Part shown: in pieces, positions 50,907 to 63,089 of the stretch
Layout of the letters: each line of letters begins with the position of its first letter
How positions within the stretch are numbered: position 1 is the first letter of the stretch
Notes under the pieces: model-generated
Told to the model about the DNA's origin: nothing
The model's input: only the letters and a program-made list of their open reading frames with translations
Database searches by the model: none
Program-made: the position numbers and the translations under genes
From: Malacoraja senta
Taxonomy: Eukaryota
NCBI GenBank assembly: GCA_038087875.1
Contig: JAXLNO010006153.1
Coordinates: 1 to 64,000 of the forward strand
Reading direction: 5' to 3'
DNA: 64,000 bases

Positions 50907-52499
50907 ACAAATACTGTAATCAACTCTTTTGTAAAGCAGTTCCTTGCGTCTACAATAAATACTACAGTTTGAAGTGTGCATGAATGGGCTAGTGTGTAGC
51001 AAGAGCTCGGTGTACACTGGTTTGTGTTTGATGAAGGGGGTTTTAATTTTACCTCCTGAGCCTGACAGACCATAAGGGTTCCAGGTTTGAAGTTCTGCTC
51101 TTCGTATACTGAATGTGGAGACCTCATCTGGACAACTTTGGAAGTGCTACAATAATGGCAACAAAGTGCTTTTTATAAAAGCGGGTTTAACATAAGATTT
51201 CGCCGAACACGAGAGCCAGTAAAGTAGATGCGCCGATTATTTAAGTGAAATGGGGAAATGTATTCATGGGGTTTAAAGGCAATGGAGGCACGAAATGGAC
51301 GAGGGAAAATCACTGCGATTGGCAATAGCAACAGAAGACTCACTGCTACAGCCAGGAGCGAAGGAACATGATCACACTTACTTGGAGGAATGGGAAGATG
51401 GCCAGCGCATATATTGAAACGGAGAGGTGGAACAACAAAGTGGGCAAAAGAGAGGAGAACCAATTTAAAACGAGAAAGAGATCTGTGTTAAAGGCATAAC
51501 CTTAGCACTCCCCAAACAACTCTCCAGGCAATGAAATGCTTCTGAAGTGTAGTCAGTGCTTTAATGCAAGAAACACGGCAGCCAATAATACACAGCAAAA
51601 TCCCACTAGTACCATAGATACGGAGAGAGATTGGACAGACATGGCTTGTTTCCCCCGGAATAAAGTAGTCTGAGGAGTGATATGATTGAGGTATATAATA
51701 TTGTGAAGACCGTAGATAGAGCAGATAGTCAAAACATTTTTTACTGACAGGAGAGGTATCAAAGACAAGAGGTAATCAGTTTAAAGTGAGAGGAAGAATA
51801 TTTAAAGGGGATTTGGGGGCAATTTTGTTTTACTCAGAGAATGGTTGCTATCTGGAATTCGGAACCACAAGAGACATTTATACAGGCACTTAAATTGGTA
51901 AGGCATTAAAATGGGATTTAATATAGATGGTAAAAGACGGGGAAGGGGAGTTAAAATAACAATCTGAAGATCCAGGAGGCCTTGACAGAGGGCAATTGTT
52001 CAGCAATATGGTCACTTTGCCTACATTTGGGTTTTGCCAATGTAAATGAGGCCACACTGGGAGCACCAAATGCGTTGGGAGCACCTATTCACTCCTCTTT
52101 TTCTCTCCTTATCTCATACCCATCTGTCTCTTTTTCACCTCTAGCCTTTGTTAAACCTGCAAGTTCTCCTCCAGGTTGCACGCCACTATGATTTGGAAAC
52201 GTATTGTTACTTCGTCATCACTGGTTGTGAACCCTGGAACACTCTTCTCAACTACAGAGTGGGCTGAAGTCACACATCAGTTACCCATGCATAAACATCA
52301 AGGTGGACACTTGTGCAGCACTGAGGAACAGCTCCAAGGTCAGGGGTGGTGTATATTGGACAAGACTCTGCTTTCTCATTGGAAGCCAAAAAGGTAATTG
52401 GAATATTTGAAAACAAAGCATCCAAATGTTCTGTCATATCCTCGCCTCTCAAACATCTCTACAAGTAAACAGATTGTCCGATCATTATTGCATTACTGT

Positions 52500-52788
52500 T
52501 TGGTTCAGAGATACAGTGTGGAAACAGGCCCTTTGGCCCACCAAGTCCACGATTATCATCGATCACCCATTCACAATAATTCTCTGTTATCCCACTTTCT
52601 CATCCACTGCCGACACACAAGGGGCAATTTTATTAGGCCAATGTCTTTGGGATCTGGAGGAAACCGGGGCAGCCAGAGGAAACCCACGCAGTCACAGGGA
52701 GAATGTGCAAACTCCACACAGACAGCACCCGAGGTCAGGATCAGACTCTTGTGCTGTGAGGTAGCAGCTCTACCAACTGCGCCACTGT
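52500..52788 (-). mobile_element. HE1-type SINE
   Basis: Reverse-complement homologue of 30493-30814. Confidence 0.85.
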
Positions 52789-53154
52789 TCATCAGAGCTT
52801 AACTTGTACAACTCCACAAAAGTACTGCATTATTCATGAAGAACTTTGAGACATTCTGAGGTTTTGGAAGAGATTAAGTAAATCTATATGCCTTTTATAT
52901 TGAGAGCAAAGTGACTAATATTTCGACCGGTGGTGGTCATGTTGATTTGCATCTGATAAAATACAAGGACCTCCAACTGGAACCTTTCCACTGGAAGGCA
53001 TACCCTGTGTTTGGATTTATATAGTTATTCATGATTTCAGACCATCCCTGTATGTTTCAATAATAGTAAATGAAGTAACCTTGAAAGATAATCAGTAAAA
53101 GTAAATACAATAGGCAATTCATCCAGAAGCAAGGTTCAGCAGACAGCTTCAATG

Positions 53155-53245
53155 AAAACAGAAATTGCTGCAAATACTCAGCAGGTCAGGCCACATCTGT
53201 GGGAAGAGAAACAAAAGTTAACATTTCAGGTCAAAGTCCTTCATC
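53155..53245 (-). mobile_element. Old Penelope terminal module
   Basis: atactcagcaggtcaggccacatctgtgg...catttcaggtc...ccttcatca. Confidence 0.6.
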
Positions 53246-55309
53246 AATATGATTAGATTTTAATGATTAAAAATAAATAAATATTAATCTGGAAATGTTT
53301 CCTTCCTTTCTTTAAGCATGCCATTGGATCTGTAGTGGGCCTTCAGAATCTCTGGAATAAATTGAAGCTTAATGATCTCTGACAATGTCACAGTCTATCA
53401 CTTCTACACTGTAATGGCAGCTCGTACATGCACCAGACACTGAACGGGAGCTTGACCCCAGAAGACCCTGACAGGGGGCCTGACAAGTAGATGCTGAGGG
53501 GATGTTTCCTCCCTTGGGGGCAGTTAGAACTCAGGATAATGTTTCAGAATAAGGGGTTGCTTGGTTACAATTACGGTGAAAATGTATTTCTTCTCTCTGA
53601 GAGATGTGAATGTTAGGAATGCTGTATCCCATCGAGCTGTGAAGGTTAAATACTTGAATATCTTCAAAGCAAAACAATTGGAGCTAGTGCCAAGATCAAA
53701 TTAGCCATGTTCCTATTGAATGATGGAGCAGGCTGCCGAGCCATATGGCTTGCTCCTTCTCCTGTTTCTTATGTTCTTATTTAAGGCTACGAATGCGAGT
53801 GCCATGTCCAAATATTAAAAAAAAACAGGGAGATAAATTTTATTTAAAATGGCACTACTCTTCTCAGATAGTGATTGAGAATATGGGTCTGGTACTTTGA
53901 ATTGCCATTTCTCAAAATCTAATTTCAGAGTGTCAAAAGGTTGCTCCTTATTACTCACTAAAATGCCCTTGAATCTTTTGCTATTGTTAGGATTAACAAG
54001 CAACAACAATTTTCATGGAAAGTGATGGATGCACAGTACTTCTAAAAGAATATTCTGGTTTACTCAGAATAACATATGTTATTGAATATTTATATTTAGT
54101 GCTGTTGTGTTTATTATGGCCGTAAAGCTGCAGCAAGTAAGAATGTTATTATTCCAGTCCCGGTCGGTGCATATGACAAACTTAACTCTTAAAATTGTTC
54201 TACTCATTAATTGGTAACTTCACACATTGCACATCATCTGCATATTTGGGGTGTGCAGATAGATGCTTATGTCACACTGTATCTTGATTGATTGTTCGGA
54301 GGTTTGGTCTTCAGTAAACATTGACCCATTTGTTGAAGAGCTTTCTTTACAACCACGTTGTTGCGCAAAAGTAAATAGTTATTAAAGTTGTCAGCATCTG
54401 ATATAGTGAAACTTTCTAAATAACCGTTTCACTTCTTCAAACATAGCTCAGAGAACTGTCATTACACTTATTTTTTATCAGTGACACATCATACTACATA
54501 TGAAGGCCCAGTGGGTTATGAAACTTCAGTGTATTTTTTTATCCTACTCTCTCTTGTTTATCTGAGTTGCTATCGCTCTTAGTAGAATTCATGAGCTACT
54601 ATTCTTAGAATAAGTCATCGGATATCAGCTGAATAATAAATGTACTTGATAATTGCAGAACCAGGTTTTCTTTCCTATTTACACACACCTATGTCAGCAA
54701 CATATTTTATTTTTTCTAGACTATAATTCCTTTCTACAAGCTTTTAATATGAAAATCTGCACCATAATAACAGTGCAATCTGGTAAATTATGATAAAGCA
54801 GTTGTTAAATGCTAGAACGCAATGTCCATTTGTAATTTCTATTCTAGATTTCAAAAGTTACGAACAGCTGTAATAACTATTTGTCATAATAAATTAACAC
54901 AATCACTTAATAGTATTATTTTTCAGCAAATTTTGTCTCAACCATTTTGGCGCATGTAGAAAATACAATTTTCATTTCTATATGGGTTTAAATGCAGCAT
55001 ATTGAAAACATGGAAGAATGTTTTAGTCGATGATAACTGGACAAAACTATTGGAATGCAAAAATAACTTCGCACTTACTGGTATTAAATGACTACCAAGG
55101 TGACAGGGCAAAACTTTAACATGCTCTGCACAAAGATGAAGTGTTTGTAACCAGGTGCAGACGGAGGTTAGAACGGATAAGCCTTCTTAGTTTTCTCCTG
55201 GGATGCCTGTTATTGATATCGCCAGTATTCAGCCAATTCAATTGATACCATACGACATCAAGAAATAGGTTAGTGTATGAGAACTAAAGTTCCTGCCACC
55301 TCTAATTCT

Positions 55310-55544
55310 TATGGGGTTGGACAGGCTAGATGCAGGAAGATTGTTCCCGATGTTGGAGAAGTCCAGGACAAGGGGTCACAGCTTAAGGATAAGGGGGAAA
55401 TCCTTTAAGACCGAGATGAGAAAAACATTTTTCACACAGAGAGTGGTGAATCTCTGGAACTCTCTGCCACAGAGGGTAGTTGAGGCCAGTTGATTGGCTA
55501 TATTTAAGAGGGAGTTAGATGTGGCCCTTGTGGCTAAAGGGATC
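55310..55544 (+). mobile_element. CR1 LINE 3' fragment cut by an assembly gap
   Basis: Translates as GLDRLDAGRLFPM...FFTQRVVNLWNSLPQRVVEA. Confidence 0.9.
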
Positions 55545-55744
55545 NNNNNNNNNNNNNNNNNNNNNNNNNNNNNNNNNNNNNNNNNNNNNNNNNNNNNNNN
55601 NNNNNNNNNNNNNNNNNNNNNNNNNNNNNNNNNNNNNNNNNNNNNNNNNNNNNNNNNNNNNNNNNNNNNNNNNNNNNNNNNNNNNNNNNNNNNNNNNNNN
55701 NNNNNNNNNNNNNNNNNNNNNNNNNNNNNNNNNNNNNNNNNNNN
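55545..55744. other. 200-N assembly gap
   Basis: Round-number N run immediately after GATC. Confidence 0.95.
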
Positions 55745-56560
55745 AAATAGAGTGAAATAGAAATGTCAGCATTTACTTTTGATTTCAACTAAAATACTAT
55801 ATAAATGATTTATTTTATGCATTTTCTTTACTAATTGTTGAAGCAACATTTCTCATTGATAAAACCAAGGATTTATTTTTTTTTGGTCAGAATGATCAGT
55901 TCAAAACTACAACCTTCCAAAAATAGCAACATTTATGCATGTGATTCTTTGCTGAATGTCGATTAGTATTTTTCTGGTCTGGCAAATGTTATAAATTCAC
56001 AGGCTGAGATTGTGATTGTGGGGCATCTGTTTAATTTTGGTGCACATTCACTGGTGCAGTGAAAATCCAAATCATAACAATTGACCCAGTTGCTCTCGCA
56101 CAACGGTAAATTAATTTTTATTTGGTCGTGCTCTTCTGCACGGCCTTTATTGTGTCCAGAGCTTAGCTTTATCACAGGAGTACTGAAAATTACTTTGTTG
56201 AAATTAGCCAAAATTGTGTTGTTTTATTTCAATAGTAAACAGGCAAAAAATTACTCTTGTTAGAAAAAAACCTTGCAACCAGTCCACATAATATTAGCCT
56301 GTGAGTGCTGGATCTCACCTCTGTTTGGAAAGTAATATAGTATTCCCTTTTTTACAAATACACATTAATTGTTTGAATTTAAGGTGGTTTAATTTGGCAA
56401 CACTAAATTTACATTAAACATTTTTTGTGATGTTTTTGTTTGTTTAGTGTGCACGACACTACCTTGAACAATTGTGCTGAATAAGTCGTTATTTTATTTT
56501 AAGATACTTTGTTAAAATTGTCGAGGATGTTCTTGGTGAAGCACACACATACAATGCTCA

Positions 56561-57061
56561 AGGGCCTGTCCCACTTGGGTGACCTAATCCCCGAGTTCTG
56601 GCAAGTTTGCCCTCGACTCGTACTCGCAGCATGGTCGACACGAGGTCGTAGGAGGTATTTGTAACTCTCCTTCATGCTCAAGAGTAGTCCCCGTGTACTC
56701 GAGGCCTCAGCTAGGTCGCCGCGTATTTTTCAACATGTAAAAAAAGGTAGCCATGGAAAAAATCGATACTTTTTTTACTCGTAGGTTTGGTCGTAGTAGG
56801 TCGTCATGTTATTCGTTGGTAATCGAGGGTATTCGAAGGTAATCGAAGGTAGTCGTAGATAATCATCATCATAGTCGAAGGGAGGTCGAAGAAGATCGAA
56901 GGAGGTCGTCTTCACTCTCCACTATTCGGTGTCCAATTTTCCCGAAGTTAGTCGTAGCTAGTCGAAGCTAGTCTTCAACATCGTCGAAGGAGGTCTTCAA
57001 CATGACATTTTTTTTAACTCTCCTAAACTCGCCAATTAGGTCGCCCAAGTGGGACAGCTCT
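56561..57061. mobile_element. PIF/Harbinger-like MITE with internal GTCG(A/T)AG repeats
   Basis: agggcctgtcccacttgggtgacctaat ... attaggtcgcccaagtgggacagctct|tta. Confidence 0.85.
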
Positions 57062-57169
57062 TTAAAGTTGATGCTCTGGATACATAAAGGATAGTGTTAA
57101 AGTTCTGATACCAATTTAAGGTATTGATGAGTGTTGCTGTGTAGTGCATGACAAACAGTACTTGGATAC

Positions 57170-58050
57170 ACTAATGTACTACACTACATTGATACCATGC
57201 TACAAATGGCACACTGAAATACTATGCTAAAAGTGGCAAGCTTGATATAGCACAGTAAATGCAGTGCAATTATATACTACATGAAGGAATGAATACCATT
57301 TGAACAATAAAGATCGCACACTAATATATGCTAAGTATGGTGCTACTATATGTATGCTACTATAAAGATAACCCACCAATGACAACACTAAAGATGGTAC
57401 AATTATATACCATGCTAAGATGGCACACCTTCATACTATACTAAAGATGGCACATGGTAGTATTACATTGAAACATCATAAATTGATATTGGAATTCCTC
57501 ATTTAACATTGCCCTTTGTGTCCAGAGCATCATCTTTTGCGCATTTTTGTTTTGAGAACCATCTTTAGTGTTGTATGCGTGTGCGCCAACAAGACCATCC
57601 TGGATAATTTAACAAAGTATCTTAAAGTAAAATAGCAACTTATCACAGCACAATTGTTCAAAGCCAGTGTAGTTTACTCTAAGCAAACAAATGCATCTCA
57701 AAACATGGATATGTTTCATGTAAATTTAGTGCTGCCAAAGTAAAGTCCATTTGCTTCAAGCAATTATAGTGTGTTTGTAACAAGAAAATATGTTAGATAT
57801 GACATAATAATCTACTAGGATATATCTATCAAATATGGCATATTAAATATGCATTACTGTAATAATGTATAATACTGTAAGGATGGCACAATGATGTGCT
57901 ACACTAAATACAGTTAACTAATATACATCATTAAATATGGCAGATAAATACTACACTAAATATGGTAAACTGTTGCTATGTTAAATAAGGCCTACTGATA
58001 TATTTAACTAAATATGGCCCATCGATATACTGCACTAAATATCCGCAGGT
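57170..58050 (+). repeat. Decayed ~28-bp tandem repeat (approximately CTACACTAAA(T/G)ATGGCACACTGATATA)
   Basis: Recurrent ctaaa(g/t)atggc words at 57170-57460 and 57830-58050. Confidence 0.65.
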
Positions 58051-60243
58051 CTTATACGTGAAAAATGGCCCACAGTTCTCCTTAGACAAAGATAGCCCCC
58101 TGATTCTCAAACCTCCAAACCTCAATTACGTACAGAAAAATAATAGAAGGATGTTGAACAGTAAACCCAGTTGGGCAATAAATGACATGTTTCTGAGGTG
58201 AAAATATAATATGATACTTTGTAATAAAATATGTTTAAATAAAAGTTCTGGTGGTAAATGAGATTCTTGGATTTGTTTAATATATTTGCATTTAGCACTT
58301 CAAGTTAACTTATAATTGCGATCATTGGTGACACTTGTCATAAGGTATTCCCAAATATTTTGGTACAATTGTCAGTATTTTGAGAGTCATATGTGCCTCT
58401 CCAACTACCCATGTAAGCAAATGTAGTGCCTGAGGGTACATAGTAGGTTGTCTGCCTGATCACTTCTTAAATATAGAGGCATGAGGAAATATTTTTTCAT
58501 GAAAAGGTCAAGGGAAAGAATTTGCCTGATTTTAATTCTTGATATGTTTGTGCATTTTCATCCTTGTTTGTCGTTGGCTTATTTATCAATCATGTATTTG
58601 TTTTACCTGTGAAGTAAATAAACAACTCATTGATGAAATGTGATGACAGAAGTTGGTTGAAAGCTTGAAAATTATCAACCATTGTTATGTATGATTTGCG
58701 GATTACTTATGGTTTATTTAAGCACCAGCCATCACTTTATTGTGGGATAATTCACACATCTCTACAGCACAGTAACAATCGCAAGTAGGAATTACCATTT
58801 AATTGGCAAGAATGTTTGTGTTAGAACTTGAAATGGTTGAAAGTTCCTCAGGAGACATGTACACAAGGAATAAGAACATTATTTAATCAGTGACCAGGAG
58901 TTCTAGGTGTTCTCTCCAGAATGCATGAGATTGCTGTCTTTGAGACATGGTTGCATCAAACTTGATCATGGAATTTTCAGACTTCTTAAAATGCCATGGC
59001 TTTGTGTCACTGTTAATGTACACAAGGAGCATACACATTTGTTTTGAGTATTGACTCCCTTGGAGAAAGCTACAGTGTATTAGTGACTAAAGTACAATTT
59101 ATATTTTTATTATTTTATTCAGAAACTTAAATGTTCTTTCGGGACTTAGTTTGTGTGTATTTCTATGTGATTAAAGTTACCAAGAATGGCTGACATATTT
59201 CTGACATCAATTACTTGTCACAGAGCATTAGTTCTTAACTCCTGCAGTGGCCATTTCTGCTTTCCTATTAATCAAAAGGCTGCTGTTTATTTTCCCATTT
59301 ACTGCGTTGATTATGGGATGGTCACACTGCCTGTCACAGCTCATCCCCTTGGATATTCCCACCAACCCTGTCAACCTGAAAAAAAGTATTTTATACCTTG
59401 GGTTTGATGACCAGAGCTTTTTATTTCCCCTGACATGAGACCTTTTGACCTCTATCTTCTCACCAATGATTTTTTAAATCCTAAATGATTTGGGGATAAT
59501 TGCAGTGCCTTTAGTGATTATTACCCTTCACTGATAGTAAATCACCAAACTCCCCTGAGGCCAGAGTCCATTTTTGCACGCGTCTGCCACTGTCTGTTTC
59601 TGCAAGCACCATTGCTCACATGCAGTTGTATTTTAAACAGCATCTGCATGTATTTGTCCTTCCTCTCTGAGGATGATGCAGGAAAGTAATATCTGATTTT
59701 ATTAATTAAAATTCTACTGCCGCTGTTCATAAATTATGTGTGGTGCTGCTAAAGATAGGAAACCTGTTTGAAAATGCACTTAATTAAGTAGCAATCCTAT
59801 TTATACTTCATTATGTTCATTGAAAACTATTTTAGGTCAGAAGAGTAACATTTCAGAGAGGGTTCTTGAGATTCATTGACAAAAGATGAAGACTGGGACT
59901 GGCATAAGTGAACCTGTCAGCAATTTCTTTTGAATTTCCCCTCATCATTGCGGAAAATCTTGTAGCTCCAGTGAAATTCATCCCCAATACCTTCACTGCA
60001 TAATCTTTACCTTCTTCTTTTGCTTTGCTCACTCTTGACTGGTAGTTTTCGAGAGAGATTTGTCATCTGCCAGAACCAACAAAGTTTATTGATTGATACG
60101 AGCAGTGTTGATACACATTCAACTGCAGAAGGTGTTAAAAGCTGTGTTAGGTAGATCATCTGTTTCGTGGATGTCCAAACAGGGATATCTCATAAGGATT
60201 TGCTAAGCAATGATTAGAACGAGAAGCTCAGTTCAAATGTTAC

Positions 60244-60333
60244 CTGAAGAAGGGTCCCGACTCAAAACGTCACCTATCCATGTTCTCCAGAGATGCTGCC
60301 TGACCCGTTGAGTTACTCCAGCACTTTGTCTTT
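60244..60333 (+). mobile_element. ~90-nt stand-alone Penelope terminal module
   Basis: Starts at CTGAAGA; TSD aaatgtt (60235-60241 and 60334-60340). Confidence 0.85.
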
Positions 60334-63089
60334 AAATGTTTCCTCCTTGATCCAGAAAGTCCAGTAGCATATACATCCCAACACAGCTTCCTGTCACATT
60401 CCTCGAATCAACCCCCAATCTGCAAATAGCTGACTCGGTACAGACCAGTGACTGCACCTTGAGCACTGATTTAAAATAATTTTATTTAATCACTATCTCT
60501 AGCAGCATGTTTTTGTTCTTCCTTTCTTCTCCTCTGAATAGCACACAGCCTAAATATACATGAATTAATAATTATACGTTCATTGGGTGCTGACTGTCTG
60601 GTAACTTACCCAAGTGGTCTCTCTACATCTGAACGTTTAACTGTAATATGATTTCTGACCTTCCCTGGGGGTTTGTGATCAGAAGCTAAATTGGTAATTG
60701 GTAATGGCTTGCATGTTAATTTTGCCTCATGTACCACGTCATCAGCCAGCAGAAATAACCACGTCTCCAGCTCCCCATCCCAATCTGATTGAAAAGTGGT
60801 CGCACAGGAAATTGGAACCTCTCTTAGCCAACCAAACCTCACTCTCCTCCCCTAGGCACTGCCTTGGAGTTGACGGTGACTTGCTTCCATTCATGTTTTG
60901 TGGGTATGAAAGTGCGTGAAGAGTCCTGTGCCGGATCTGTGCCACAGACAGGACAGGTGCTGCTTGATGATGTTGGTGTTGTGGGAAGTTGTACTTTTCT
61001 TCCATATAACATATTATTTTCCATAATATCAATTTAAAGATACCAAATATCACAGCCAAAAATATTTCTGTATAAATGAAAACAGAGAAGCGGGCACATT
61101 TAACTGTTAGCAAATTATGATGTGAAACCACAATTGTTTGAGAAGTTGTAAGCTATTTTTTCACATTTATTTTCAATTGATGTGTTTTTTTCCAAAATAG
61201 CATTCTTGGCTTGCTGCAGTGAATAACTCAGCAGCAAATTTCCACCACTGTGAGCTGGCATGGGGTTTGGAACAGCACAGTTGAATAAGGATATACACAG
61301 GTTTATCCTATTTTACCCACATTTTAGGTTAGGATTGATCACTTTTCAACTACAACTAAAGCTCCAGCTCTGTCGCTGATATAATCCGAGAGATGTATGG
61401 TGTCCAATTTACTGTACCCAGTTTTAGGTACTGTACATGAATTTAATCTTGTAAAAATGTGTGCATTTACTTACAGTTTGTAATACTCATGGAGACTTGG
61501 GAAAAATATTCACCCTCTATCTCATCACTCTCCATAATGACTGAGTACAAATCTGTAGATGATTGTCACCATAGCCCAGCCTGAGTGTGTCTATGTGCAA
61601 GTTTAAAAAAGGGAATATTTTAAGGAGTGGGGCGTTTGGTAATATAGCAAGCAGATGGTTAAAATAGACACTTATGTCAATCTGAGTTGATAATTCTTAT
61701 TTGAATTGCACTAATCATTTACCATGTTTAATTTGGAACTCATGAATGTCTCCTGTGAAATGATGATGGGATTTAACCAGAGGCTCGTGTGGTCATTTAA
61801 AGTTCCAATTGCCCATCCAATGCAATCAGTTTTGTTATAACTGATGTCTTGCTTCCATCTGGCGAACATTTAGAAGACAGTTGTAGTATTGATGGAGTTT
61901 TCTCACGACTTTGGATCCTTTCGAAGTGACAATCCCAGCATGGGAGAATATTGAATGCCTGAGTGCATTGGTAGAGGAACACCATTAGCTTCCACAGCAT
62001 TCAGTACATACAGCAAGCAATGGGTTATGGAGAGAGGTGCATAGGAGAGCATCACCAGCAAAGCTTCAAGAGGCACTATCCTTGAAACCTGATGTGCAAC
62101 GGCAGTGGCATTAATTGTTGGGCCCCTTTGCCGCTCAGTAGAACGGGTTTTTGCAGGATGATGTTACATTGTCAGATGATCATCTGGAACTTATTATAAA
62201 AATGATATGGTGGTCAGGTAGTGCCAAGATTCAAAAAGATTGAAATGAAATTCTTCAGTGACCAATTTTTATTTGATTTTTCACTTCGAGAGAATTGTCT
62301 CCATTCCTGCGTGGAATGCTTTTACTCTAATCTTATTCTTCCGTTTCCATTTGCGTTTTTCTAATGTTGACGTTTGATATGTACACAAAATTTGTTTTTG
62401 GACTGAAAGCTTAAGTATTTTGAATCAATGCCATTTTAGATTAGGCTCACTGAGTAACTGGTATATTGACTAATTAATAAAGACATTCCACTATGTGCAG
62501 GTATTAATACACATTGGCGTGCTACGTGTATTAAAACTACTTCTAAATTCAACCTTGGCATCTTTTGAAAGCAGAGGATTTTTTAAAAGATAAATATTGC
62601 TTGTTTTGTTGGGCTGCCTTGGTTTCTCATGTGACTTTTATGTAGGCATGGGAACAGCCTATGGGAACTGCTTAAGCCTGTTCTGCCATGCGATAAGATC
62701 ACAAATGATCTGTGACTAAACTCAATATACTTCAATCTCATATTTAAAATTAATAATTAATCAGGTATTTGTGGGCACTTCCAGAAGATAGTTCCAAGTA
62801 TCAACCACCTTTTGCATATGGAAATGTTTCCAAATAAAATAAACATTAAGGGCCTAGTTATAATTTTATACTATATCTCCTAGCTCTAGAAACCACAAGC
62901 AGTGGAAATAGATCTCTTTATTTTCCCTATTGCCTCGCATTAATTTGTCAAAAACTGCCATGAAATCACTCCTTTATCATCTGTATTCCAGGGACAAATG
63001 GCCACTTTGCGTCATCATTCCTTTTAATGGTTTTACATGGGGTCTAAATATCACTGGCAAATAATTCTGCACTCTTTAAAAAAAAAAAA

